Part shown: one piece after another, positions 52,830 through 64,000 of the stretch | How the letters are laid out: every line of letters starts with the position of its first letter | Position numbering within the stretch: position 1 is the stretch's first letter | NCBI RefSeq assembly: GCF_009834535.1 | Contig: NC_045697.1 | Span: forward strand, 80,912,001 to 80,976,000 | Reading direction: 5' to 3' | Length of the DNA stretch: 64,000 bases | Source: Camelus ferus | Lineage: Eukaryota | The notes under the pieces: model-generated | The model's input: only the letters and a program-made list of their open reading frames with translations | Database searches by the model: none | What the model was told of the DNA's origin: nothing | Translations under genes and position numbers: made by a program

Positions 52830-53400
52830 TGTTATAAACATTATATATTTTTGGTAGAAAACTTAAAAAATCCAGAAATATATAAATGGGAAAATAAAAC
52901 AAAATCACTCTTTTTGACAATCCAAATTTACTATTTGATAACATTTGATATTTACTTAGTTGTCATTATAATCATTTTATGTGTGTATATATATATGTAT
53001 ATTACATACATGATTCGGTTCCTTGCTTTCTTATTATGTTACAAGCACTTTCTCAACTTAAATATATTTTTTTAAACATCAGTTTTGATGGTTCTATAGC
53101 ATTCCATTGTAAAACATACTATACTTTGGTCAATTCTCTACTGCTGGATTCTTAGTGGTTCCTGGCTGTTTGCTGTTGGAAGGGAAGGCAGGGAACATCT
53201 TTGGACATACATGTTGGTAATTCTGACTTAGAGAGTTTCATGAATGTAAAATAATCTGCCAGTTGTTTTCCACAATATTTGTGCCGATTTACATTTTTAC
53301 CAGCTGCCTAAAACTATGCTATATCTTTGCAAGGACTGAGCCTTATCATTAAAAATGACATCCTTGCTGATTTTGCGAAAGACAGATCTCTTTGGTTCAT
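52830..53400 (-). mobile_element. Ancient L1 (L1ME-like) fragment
   Basis: Degenerate antisense L1 ORF2/3'UTR motifs (tagcattccattgt; ctgccagttgttttccac..gtgccgatttacatttttaccagc). Confidence 0.5.
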
Positions 53401-54889
53401 TTGTTTAATCATTCAGCAAGTTTCAAGCTCCTTAGACTAAGTGGAAGGCTGAGGTCAGACTGCATGTGGAGGTGCCGCGAGCCCTGTGACCAGTGCTTCC
53501 TCTCCAGGGCACAGAAGCAGAGCCCTGTGCCGCCTCCCAGAGATCAACATGAGGAGAGTTTTCCCCTGAGTTATGAGTTGTAATCACTCTTAAGACAGGT
53601 TATCCATTTTATCTAGACAACTGGCCTTCATTTTTACTTTTTGGGGGTGAATACAACAGCCCCTGCTTTGCAACCCTGTGGGACTGAAGGGAGACGAGAT
53701 GGATGGGAAACTGGTCCAGCTCCTCCGTAGCTCTTCCCCTTCACTTCCTGCTCTGCCCCCTACTCTTGCTCTTCTGAGTGTCCCCTTAAGCTCTTAGCCA
53801 TTCTGGAAGCAGTTTTCATCTCTCCTGCAGGCTTCTCCTCTGTATTTCTGGGTCATGAGTTCATCCATTCTTTTCTATCCCTCAATAAGCTATTTGCCAA
53901 AATCTGTTGATCAGAAATCCATTCCACTGATGGCCGTGGCCTCGGCCACACCTCTCTTCTTCTTGTCAGTTCTCAGAGGTACTTTTTCTCTTTTATATTC
54001 TTCACTCTAATTTCCAGAGGAGCTTTGGGAGGAAAGGAGTAGAAACTCCTGTGTTCAGTCAACCATCTTGGACTGGAAACCTCTGCTCCAGGTATTTTAA
54101 AAATTCCAAAAATATTTAATGATTATATAACCAAATGTAATTATATTTGTAATAGTGAATTTTCTCCTTTGCTTTATGTTCTGTTTTTTTTTTCTTCCTA
54201 GAGATCATTTAAAGCTCAGCACTTTTGATTGCTTTATTTTAAAAAACAGTTTAACATTATTCTGTTTGATTTACTTTGGGAAAAGTCTAAGGCAAAAAAT
54301 TTAGTGATTTTGTTTCTCAAATATTAAGACAGTTTTTAACACTTCATATTGAATAATCTGTTCTTTCATCATCTACTTGTGGTACTTCCTTCATCTCATA
54401 TTATGTTCATATTTATTCAAGAAGTTCTTATAAGCTACCTACTCTGATCCATTGATTTGAATTAGGATTCTTGGGCTAGTTCCACAGTGTTTTAATTACA
54501 AAATTTGTTTTAATATTTACCTTGCTGTCCCAAGCCATTACTGTTGCTTTTTCAACAATGTATTCTCTCTTCTTGCCTATTCTAGTAAATAAACCGGTAT
54601 AATTTGGTCAAATTCCAAACAAAACAAAACCATCCAGTGAGATTTTTGAGAGTAATTATTTAGTCTATTTATAATACAGGTAAAGAAGGATTGCCTTTTT
54701 AAAAATATTGTATTCGATTAAAATACTATAGTATCTCTATGCAATTATTATCTCTCTGTATATGTCTTCAGAGAAAAGCTTGCCATATTAGTAGAGCCAA
54801 CAAATAGCCTTTTTAGTTAATTTTAAACGTAATTATGTACTTTATTGTTACTGTGAATGAGATCATTTTAATCATAACTTACTTTAAAA

Positions 54890-55330
54890 TAATACTTGTT
54901 GTTATTTTTATTAAAAGAAAAGTAACACGTGTCCAATGTAGAAAAAGTTAAAATCTTTTATAAGATTCATACCATCCAGAAAAAAAACTGCCCATTGGTG
55001 CTCATCATCCCTATGTGCGTACACTTATATATCTGTACAAAGTGGTACATGCTATGGTAATGTTCAGTGACCTAATTTTTAGTCAGTAGGAAATCTTGAA
55101 TATCTTTCCATGCCACTAAATATTCTTCTACAAGATTATTTTAGTGGCTGTATTGTATGACTGAATGACAGTTTATTTAACCTGTTTCCAGTTATTGGGA
55201 ATTTTAACATATCTCCAAGTGTTTGCAATTAGTAACCATCTTCTCTTGCCCTAAACAATGACTTCATGAAAATGCATATAGAGGTTAAATATCTATTATA
55301 TATGTTGTAGGTTGTTTTTCTAGGGTGTCA
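54890..55330 (-). mobile_element. Ancient L1 (L1ME-like) fragment
   Basis: atcttgaatatctttccatg..tattcttcta..ttttagtggctg..tttatttaacc. Confidence 0.5.
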
Positions 55331-55444
55331 TTTTCCATTTAATTTTGTTTATAGTGCATTTGATACAGCCAACCCTTTTTTAATTATCTAGTTTATTTTG
55401 TTCTCATTAATTTTTTCCAGTTTCTTTTACATTTTTTTCTTAAA

Positions 55445-56615
55445 CTAATGAACTTGACTTTTTAGAGCAGTTTTACATTCACAGCAAAGTTGAGCAGAAA
55501 GTACATGGAGTTCCCAAATACCCCTTTCCCCCACACTTGCACACCTTTCTCCACTATCAGCATCTTGTACCACTGTGGTACATTTGTTACCATCAGTGAA
55601 CCTACACTGACGCGTCATTGTCTCCCAGAGTCCACACTTTACAGGGTTCATGCTTGTTGTGAGGTCTGTGGGTTTGGGTAAATGTATAATGGCATGAATC
55701 CACCATTGTAGTATCTTACAGAATAGTTTCACTGACCTCAAAGTCCTGTATTCTCTGCCTATTCATCCTTCCTCCCCTGCAACCAATCTCTTTACAGTTT
55801 CCATAGTTTTGCCTTTTCCAGAAGGTCATATAGTTGGAATCATACAGTATGTAGTCCTTTCAGGTTGACTTCTTTCGTTTAGTAAGTAGACATTTAAATT
55901 TCCTCTCTGTCTTTTCATGGCTTGAGAAATCATTTCTTAGTGCCGAATAAGATTCCATTACACAGATGTACCAGTTTATTCACCTGAGGGTGGTAAACTC
56001 AGTTGCTCCCAAGTTTTGGCAATTGTAAATAAAGCTGTTATTAACATTTGTGTGCAGATTTTTATACAAACATCAGTTTTCATCTCCTTCGGGTAAATAC
56101 CAAGGAGCACAATTGCTGGGTCACACGGTAAGAGTGTGTTTAGTTTTATAAGAAACCACCAACTTGTCTTCCAAAGTATCTGTATTGTTTTGCATCCCCA
56201 CCAGCAATGTATGGGAGTTTCCGTTGTTCCATATCCTCTTCAGCATTTGGTGGTGTCAGTGTTCTGGATTTTGGCCATTTTAATAGATGTGTAGTGGGAT
56301 CTCATTATTGTGTTAATTTGCACTTCCCTGATGATGTACAATGTGGAACATCTTTTCGTATGCTTATTTGTCATCTGTGTTTTCTTTGGTGAGGTGTCTA
56401 TTAACATCTTTGAACACTTTTTAAATTAGGTTGTTTGATTTTTGTTTTTTTCGTTGGTGAGTTTTAAGAGTTCCTTCCTTATATGTCTTGGCTAACAGTC
56501 CTTTATCAGATAGGTCTTTTGCAGATATTTCTCCCAGACTGTTGCATATCTTCTCATTCCCTTATTTTTCTCAGAGGAGAAGACTTTACTGTTAATGAAG
56601 TCCAGCTCATCAGTA
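55445..56615 (-). mobile_element. L1 3' portion (L1MC-like)
   Basis: tttagagcagtttta..ttcacagcaaa.ttgagcagaaagtaca 3' terminus plus ORF2-derived gggtaaataccaaggag..attgctgggtca..ggtaa and ttggccattttaatag. Confidence 0.85.
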
Positions 56616-56929
56616 GACAGGCACACTGATATTTCTGGATTAGCAGAACCTCACTGTTGGTAGTTGTGTTAGTCATTTGGTTATCCATCACAGTGGTATT
56701 CATGAGATTAAAGTGCCGTTGTAATCCTTCATAATTAGCTTTGTATTTGAACAGCAGAATGACAAACTTGTGCAAATGATGCTTCTTTATCTTAATTACT
56801 ATTTTTTCATGAAGCCATATGAGGATCTAGTAGACATTATTTTTAGAAGATACTTTATCACATGAATATTGGTATCTGAATAGTTACATTTAGAATTTAT
56901 ATCTACAGAATCTATGGACTTTTTCTAAC

Positions 56930-57083
56930 CTAATTTTGGTACAGTAGCCACTCGTACTAATTTAAAATTCAGTCGCTCAGTCACACTGACAGCATTTTAG
57001 CTGTTCAGTGGAGGCTACTATATTGGACAGAAAGGAGACAGAACATTTTCATTGTCACAGAGAGTTCTATTGGGCAGTGCTGT
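56930..57083. mobile_element. MER3/MER33-like hAT fragment
   Basis: aaaattcagt..ctcagtcacact...ggctactatattggacag...gttctattgggcagtgctg. Confidence 0.7.
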
Positions 57084-57919
57084 TCTGGAACATAAGCAAT
57101 TGTGTATTAAACAAACTTTTTGTGTGGTTTCTTTTTACTTTGCAGTAATTAATCGAAATAAAATACTAAAGTAAAGAAGGAAGAATAAAATAAAAAACAC
57201 AGTGAAAGGATTTGTTTCCCCCCTATTATTTTTTGTTTTGTTTCTTATTTATAAAGTAGTAGTTTTAACTGTAGCTGAACAAACTGAGTGTGCTCACTAC
57301 TCAGCTAGATGCGAAACACAGCAGGCAGAGCAGTTGCCCAGCACTGGTCCATCATCCCGCATGTCTTCCTAGGCGTGCAGATAATAACGGGCATAGCAAT
57401 CACGGTGGTGGGCAGTAGCTGCTGAAACAATTCTTGCTGCATAAACCTCATTCCTAGAATTAATAGCATATCTACTTAAAATTCCTAGTTTTTTCCTCCT
57501 TGACATTGGAAGAAGGTTATACCAGAGAGATACATTGGAGAGGCAACGTAGGAGAATAAAGGCCTGGAAAGTTTTCTGCAAGACTGATGACTTAATTTTC
57601 TTCCTTCATTGACCATGTAATTGTAGAATAAACTTACTTCATTGCTGTAGAAACAGTGTTTTCTCCAGCTTTATTTTTTTTAAGCCCTCACATTAATTCA
57701 AGCAACATTTAACATAGGCTTTTATGTTTATAACGTGCATTACTTCTGTTTACTCTTAATAGTATGGCATCAACTCATCTAGAAATGGCTGGAAAATGTC
57801 CGTGTAGTGAGAGAGGGGAAAAGCACTGGGAAATATAATGTGTTTTATAATTTAATCTTGGTATTGGGAGAGTCGATCATTTGCCTGTTATTGATTTCTT
57901 TCTTTTTTTTTTTTTTTAG

Positions 57920-57948
57920 GTTGCTTGCAGTGTTTGAATGTTGAGAAG
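57920..57948 (+). other. Candidate 29-nt alternative 5'UTR cassette exon of UGT8
   Basis: 23-nt pure pyrimidine tract 57895-57917, AG 57918-57919, donor AAG|GTATAG at 57948/57949. No transcript evidence available. Confidence 0.4.
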
Positions 57949-58395
57949 GTATAGTTGTTTAAACTGCATTTAGATGGTGGGAATTTGTACAAGTAGAATT
58001 GTTAATATGTAATAATGAATAAAACTAAATATAGATTTGGTGGTTGCATATAAATATATTTTAAGTTGTTCCTTGAAGTAAGTGTCCAGTTTGCATGGGT
58101 AATTATTGTTTAGATCTTTCCCTATTTGGAAGCTAATTTAGAACCTAAGTAAAACTTATATTAGGTAGCTTAGGGGGAGTTTGCACACTCTGTGGCCCTT
58201 CATAGGTGTTATTTCTAAAAAATAATAGAAGATGACTCTAACTATTGTATATACTCTGTTAACACAAAAAAGTAGAAGAAGCCTTAGCCACCAAGTGCAC
58301 AGCTGTCATCTGACTTGCCCTTTGCACCCAAGTTACAGGTACAACCCAGGAAGTGTGGTCAGGGACATACTCACTCATCAACTCATCAGTCACTT

Positions 58396-58530
58396 TTTTT
58401 TAACTTTTTTTTTTTTTTTTGGTGTGGGAGGTGATTAGGTTTGTTTTACTTTTTAGAGGAGGTACTGAGGATTGAACCCAGGACCTCTGCATGCTAAGTA
58501 TGCACTCTACCACAGGAGCTATACCCTCCC
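58396..58530 (-). mobile_element. tRNA-Ala-derived SINE (vic-1-like)
   Basis: Same A/B-box head with a poly-A tail. 10-bp TSD tcagtcactt at 58386-58395 and 58531-58540. Confidence 0.9.
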
Positions 58531-59283
58531 TCAGTCACTTCTTTCATAAGCGTTTACTGAGGTCCAGTTAACTCTCTTGAACTTTTCTATTAAAAGCTTC
58601 TCTTTTAGACAATGTCCTGACATGAATCAGCAAACTGATATAAGTTACAGAAACCAGGATACTTAAGGATGTTTAGATAAAGGAGGAATTCACATTAAAG
58701 GTTATTTTTTTCCCTGTGGAAAAAATGTCTTTTCTATAGAACTACGACTTGAAAGAATTATTTTCTAAAACATAATCGTTCTTTGATATGCTTTGGTCAT
58801 AGTTGAGAATGTAACTGCTGTGATAAAATGATTTAAAAAGAGACATACATGCTGATATACCTGGAAGTAAAAAGTCTTGGCATTTCTTCCTGGGATTAAC
58901 ATTGATTTTCAATCAAAAGAAAAGGTTTCATAGATACCTCATAGCTATTATTCAAAGAAGAGAGATCTTTTGTCATTCAGTCTGACTGAAGTTTCATTTC
59001 AAATTTTTAAAAAAACTTAGTTTTCCATTATTGACGTAATTGTGTTCCAAAACTGATACGTTTTAAAAATATTTCAGTTGATGCCAGCTTTGCTATCAGT
59101 TCTATACCTTAAAAAATATCTTTCAAAAATAAAGAGGTAATCGGAACAAGTATTGGGGTAATTTTTGAAAGCAATCCTCAAAGTACTGGGTCATCAGATA
59201 CTTTGAAAAAATGTCTTTGTGATTGTTTTGAGTGGTAAGGATTGCATTCTGTTTTAAATAGTTTTCTGTTTGTCATTTCAGCT

Positions 59284-60105
59284 ATGAAGTCTTACACTCC
59301 ATATTTCATGCTCCTGTGGAGTGCTGTTGGGATAGCGAAAGCTGCCAAAATCATCATCGTGCCGCCAATTATGTTTGAAAGCCATATGTACATTTTTAAG
59401 ACGCTCGCCTCGGCGTTGCACGAGAGAGGCCACCGCACAGTGTTCCTCCTCTCTGAAGGCAGAGACATCGCGCCATCTAATCATTACAGCCTCCAGCGCT
59501 ACCCAGGGATCTTTAACAGCACCACCTCCGATGCGTTCCTGCAGTCCAAAATGCGGAATATTTTCTCTGGGAGACTGACAGCAATCGAACTGTTTGACAT
59601 ACTGGATCGCTATACTAAGAACTGTGACATGATGGTTGGCAACCGTGCCCTGATCCAGGGTCTGAAAAAGGAAAAGTTTGACCTGCTGCTGGTGGACCCT
59701 AATGACATGTGTGGATTTGTGATAGCTCATCTTTTGGGGGTTAAATATGCTGTATTCTCAACTGGCCTTTGGTATCCTGCTGAAGTGGGTGCTCCTGCCC
59801 CATTAGCTTACGTCCCAGAGTTTAACTCACTCCTCACGGACCACATGAACCTGCTGCAAAGGATGAAAAATACCGGCGTTTACCTCATTTCCAGATTAGG
59901 GATCAGTTTTCTGGTTCTCCCCAAATATGAAAGGATAATGCAGAAGTACAACCTGCTGCCGGAGAAGTCCATGTATGACTTGGTCCATGGGTCCAGCCTG
60001 TGGATGCTGTGTACAGATGTAGCACTGGAGTTTCCGAGACCCACTCTGCCTAATGTGGTTTATGTAGGAGGAATCCTAACCAAACCGGCCAGCCCACTAC
60101 CAGAA
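59284..60105 (+). CDS. UGT8: First coding exon of 2-hydroxyacylsphingosine 1-beta-galactosyltransferase (ceramide UDP-galactosyltransferase), residues 1-274; gene continues beyond window
   Basis: Translation MKSYTPYFMLLWSAVGIAKAAKIIIVPPIMFESHMYIFKTLASALHERGH...FPRPTLPNVVYVGGILTKPASPLPE is recognisably UGT8. It has a signal peptide, the UGT-family SH motif (H34), DP motif (D138) and N78-S-T sequon. Acceptor AG 59280-59281; phase-0 donor GAA|GTAAGG at 60105/60106; 822 nt with no stops. Confidence 0.98.
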
Positions 60106-61814
60106 GTAAGGTTTGCTGAGCTCCTTGGTAATGTTTTCTAAATATAAATGTCAGTTTGTCAGTTTTAATTTTTGGAAGAAATAAGATTGGGTCTTGTTGG
60201 ATTACAAATGCTATTTTGAAAAGTGGTTAGGGCACAGAGCCTACCAAGGTCCCTTTATTTGTGGGTGCCCCACTCCCCTGGAAAGCATTTCTGCTTTGAA
60301 CGTTTCAGTAATGCCAGGGGACCTCTACCGTGTGGTCAGTAGACTGGCTGCGAAGTTGATTTGGAATTAAGCGATAACCATAGTATGTGAGGAGAGTGTA
60401 ATTAGATAGTTCGTTTTACTGAGTGTAAGAGATTCTGCTTTTGATTAAACACTGAGTTCCCTCTGATCTCCCCCAGACAATGCAAACACAGGTCTCTGCA
60501 TCTAGGTTAGGTCCAGTGAACTCAAATAAGTAGAATGACATGAAGAGTGTCCTTCCTTCTGTAGTCATAACTACTAGGAAGTTTGTGTCCAGCAACAAAA
60601 GTGAGGTAGTAACTTCCATCCAACTAGGGAGCCAACTAATTTTTACTTAGTTAGTAAGCAAATGTGACTGTTTTAAAGAATTCATGCCCCCTTGTGATTT
60701 CATTTCAAAGACAGAATTAATTAGGTTTTTAACAAAACCTGTCTACTCTCTAAGTCAAACCTGAATTCTTTTTTGGTGGGGGTTGAACTGTCATCAAATC
60801 CCTTGTGTTCTGTTCTCCATCCCAGTCTGTTTTTTTATTAGGTATCTCAAACTCACAGGAGCTGTACTTGCATATCTGTTATTGTAGGGGGTTTTCTAGC
60901 CTCAGGTTGACTCTGGATTTAATCTCAACATCTGATGGCATTTACCAGAAGCATAGGGCCTGTTCTATGATTTTCTCTATTGCAACCATTTCTACTCTTA
61001 AAATCTTGAAAATAGCCACTCAGAACAACAATTGTTCATTTCTAGCTTTGGCCTCTACATACTGAAGAACCTGTCAGGGCCTTGATGAAGAGTAAATCCA
61101 GATTTTCTCATCTAGGCATCAAATGAGCACCATCACCGGGCAGAATTTTCTTGTGGGGAAGTAAGATGATCAGAGTGTACAACCTGTAGACTTTTATAAC
61201 ACCTCCATTAGAAGTGTAAATACAAAGTATAAATAATACTTTGATATGATATATTTCACGTAACATGAAAAAACAGAACTTGCCAGATCTTCAGCCCATA
61301 AACCCCAGATGCCACTGGTGGAAGCTGCGAGGCGAGCACAGTCCTCTCTGACACCAGCTGTAAAGGATGGGGATTAAGTCCAGTGTGCCTCAGCCATTCG
61401 TGAATTCATCCAAGCCCATTTGGAATCCTGGAAATAGTCTCCCAGAGTCACTGTGTGATGTATTACTCCCTTCCTAAAATCAGATGTTAGAAGCAGCTTC
61501 TAAAAGACTTGGAAGCAAGTCTGTCTTTCCCTTAACTGAGTGTGTAATAATGTTAGGCAGATCAAGCCCACTCTCTCCAAGTCTTCATCTTCTCCCAGCC
61601 AGAGCACCTCCCTTCCTCCTGCTCCTTCGGGTTTTTGTTCGAATGCTGTCTCCCTTCTTCAGGTTGAAGAAGGGATCGATGATAATAAGGAATCTTCTGA
61701 CTGCCTGTACATTTTTCTTGAGTTGCAGCAGCTTGAACTACACAGCCTAAGCACCAAATACGACTTTATGCTTCGTAAGATAGCATGGGTCCTTACGCCT
61801 GTTAGTTTTCACTG

Positions 61815-62520
61815 CAGTAATCCTCCCCATATCTGTGGCTTCACCTACCCTCGCTCAACCTCTATCACAAAATGTTAAATGGAAAATTCCATAGATAAGC
61901 AATTCATAAGTTTTAAATCGCACGTTGTTTTGAGTAGCGTGATGAAATCTCGCAGAGTCCAGCTCTGTCCTGCTCTGTCCTGTCCTGCCCAGAATCCCCA
62001 ACCATCGACACTGCTCCAGACACCCATCAACATCCTCATGGTTCCATGATCCAGGGTCACTCAGAGCAGACGATTCTCCTTTTTTTTTACTTTTTATTTT
62101 TAATTGTATAGTCAGTTTACAATGTTGTGTCAATTTCTGGTGTACAGCACAACGTGATTCTCCTTCTGATGCACTGTCAGAAGGTCAGCAGTACCCTGAC
62201 TCTGTGTCGCAGTGCCTGCGTAATTAACTTCACCTCACGTGATCACATAGGCATTTTATCATAAGAAGGCTGGGTAGAGTACAGTGAGATATTGAGAGAG
62301 AGAGAGATCACATTCACATAACATTTATGACAGTGTATTGTGATCAATTTTATTAATTATTGTTAATCTCATACCGTGCCTAGTTCATAAATTAAAATTC
62401 ATCACAGGTATGTATGTACAGGGAAAACCTGGTATATATAGGGTTCAGTACTATCTGAGGTTTCAAGCGTCCACTGGGGGGTCTTGGAACATAAACCCTG
62501 GAGATCAACAGGGGCTGCTG
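61815..62520. mobile_element. MER44/Tigger7-like DNA transposon
   Basis: Degenerate TIRs cagtaatcctcccc / ggggctgctg; internal aaatggaaaattcca..caattcataagttttaaat..gagtagcgtgatgaaatctc and gcgtccactggggggtcttggaac. Confidence 0.85.
62082..62155 (-). mobile_element. Extremely 5'-truncated L1 3' terminus inside MER44
   Basis: T-rich tail plus gtttacaatgttgtgtcaatttctggtgtacagcacaa (compare 27008-27044). TSD gattctcctt at 62072-62081 and 62156-62165. Confidence 0.8.
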
Positions 62521-64000
62521 TGCTTTGTTTTACTTTAAAAGCACCTTTTGGTTTTTGGAGCCTCCTATAAGGTTACTACTCGAAATGTTTTCTGATTTGC
62601 CGTGACTTCTAGTTTGACCTTCTTTGTGGGGCTTCCTTGTTCTTTTTTCCTCTTGGGGCTTTCTGTAATGATTCTTTTGAAAATGTGCTATTCATTTACA
62701 AGCATTGCCTTGGCTGTGACACTTAGTTCTGTGTCACAGGCAAATACATACATATCCGGCATGTGCCTGCGTTAGGCATGTGGACCTAGATTAGTGTATC
62801 GTCATTGAGAGTGGGTTAGGTTATGAGAATGAAGGCCATTTTCATTTTGGTGAGGCATTTACAAAGTTCTTCAATAGAGGGAGTATTTTGAAGAATGATG
62901 TGTCTTAAAATTTCTGATATTCCTTACACTAGCGAGGTTTTATGTGCTTAGGAACCCAAGCGTTCCTATTGGGACTTCTCTAGTAGATCTGCCTGATACA
63001 GTAAACTATACCTCAGGGTCCTAAAAGTTAATGAGTTTCTCAAATGCCTGTATTATTTACAGGTCGTGGTAGTGACACTAAAATAATAGGGCCCAGCAAG
63101 TGGCCACTTAGAACGCATGACTCACTGAACAGCTTAATTGTTAACTACCTCGGTATCTTACACTGGGAGTGGTCTAGGTTTTCCAGATGTCTGGAAGTGA
63201 TTGGACAGTGGGATTTCATTTCACAACCTGGGATGAAAAGTTAGAGAAATGTCTAAACGGCATTTTTTAGAAGCTTTCATAATGTTGGAGCCTAAAGAAA
63301 CTCAAGAGAGCATCTGGTTCAGCTCCAGTTCCTCCTCAAAATGCAGCAAGTAGCCCATTCGTTTGTCACGTAGGAGATTAAAAGAGTTTGAGTGTCTCGT
63401 CCAAGGCCACACAGAAAGCTTGTGGCTCAGCCAAGTGACATGTGGATTGTTTTGCTATCGATGAGATATTTTGTCAAGATGCCTGTGTCTCTTGTCACTC
63501 ATTTACTCATTTACACATTTATAGTGTGTGCCGAACTCTGCAGAGACGACAGTTTCTCTAATCTTCATTTGGTATGTCAAAGACTGTGAGGACTTAACTA
63601 TGAGAGTCAGAAGATAGCATTTGGACTCCTATGATGTTGTAGAGATTTAGTAATAAAGAAATCTGCCACAGTCCCAATGTTTTTGATTACAGTGCTATGT
63701 TGGTGTAGAGTGAAGAAATTGCCTGCCTTCATGACAGAATCATTTTTAAATGCCTGTGCCTAACTTATTGTACTATTTAATACCTGGTAGGAGTCCTTAA
63801 AATGTGAGGATTAAGGGGAAGAGGTTTAGGTTGGATCATATCCAGATAGTAGCCTATCTCTTTCATTACAGAGTGGTAGAGAACATGATATGAATTCAAA
63901 AAGAAAAAAAAGTTGGGAAAAAAAAAGGTTTACTTTGGCCAGGAAGGAGGTCTATAAACATAGATTCCTATTTGGTTAGGTCCTTCAGGTAATAAATGTG

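Larger units (their letters stand above)
35178..59281 (+). other. UGT8: UGT8 intron 1 (~24.1 kb)
   Basis: GT at 35178-35179; acceptor ttttctgtttgtcatttcAG at 59280-59281. Confidence 0.75.

Noticed and set aside
59232..59240. Donor-like GTG|GTAAGG just upstream of the coding exon
   Set aside because: Would define a 47-nt intron, below the usual mammalian minimum.
59242..59283. N-terminal extension of the 299-aa ORF from a TTG start, and its tail 60106-60141
   Set aside because: Both lie outside the splice sites (acceptor 59281, donor 60106). They are intronic read-through of the ORF track.
59278..59730. 150-aa antisense ORF over the UGT8 exon
   Set aside because: Shadow frame of the coding sequence with no independent support.
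60106..64000. Further UGT8 coding exons
   Set aside because: No sequence encoding the expected continuation into the UDP-sugar-binding domain was found; the next exon is beyond the window.
1..64000. CRISPR arrays, operons, rRNA or other prokaryotic-type systems, or foreign inserts
   Set aside because: No spaced direct-repeat array, dense ORF cluster or compositionally foreign block was seen. The window reads as ordinary mammalian locus architecture.

Overview
Mammalian genomic DNA, most likely a camelid (alpaca, llama or camel), judged from three tRNA-Ala-derived SINEs and the young L1 3' ends. It is AT-rich and CpG-depleted. The only gene is UGT8 (ceramide UDP-galactosyltransferase, CGT) on the + strand. 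Its parts here are a CpG-island promoter (~34.0-36.0 kb), a non-coding first exon ending at 35177 (alternative donor at 35256), a ~24-kb intron 1, and the first coding exon 59282-60105 (ATG 59284, 274 codons). The rest of the gene lies beyond the window. Bases 1-34000 are intergenic and, like the introns, carry L1, L2, MIR, MaLR/ERV LTRs, MER5/MER58/MER81/MER3/MER44/mariner DNA-transposon fossils and microsatellites; several insertions retain readable target-site duplications. I see no new gene or novel system. The best leads are regulatory: a candidate 29-nt 5'UTR cassette exon creating a uORF that overlaps the UGT8 start, two competing 5' donors followed by 13 G-runs, QKI-type ACUAAC elements, NFI/MYRF/SOX motifs, and clustered apparent His>Arg changes in UGT8. 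Repeat family names come from recognition of consensus features, not a database search, and boundaries of old repeats are approximate.
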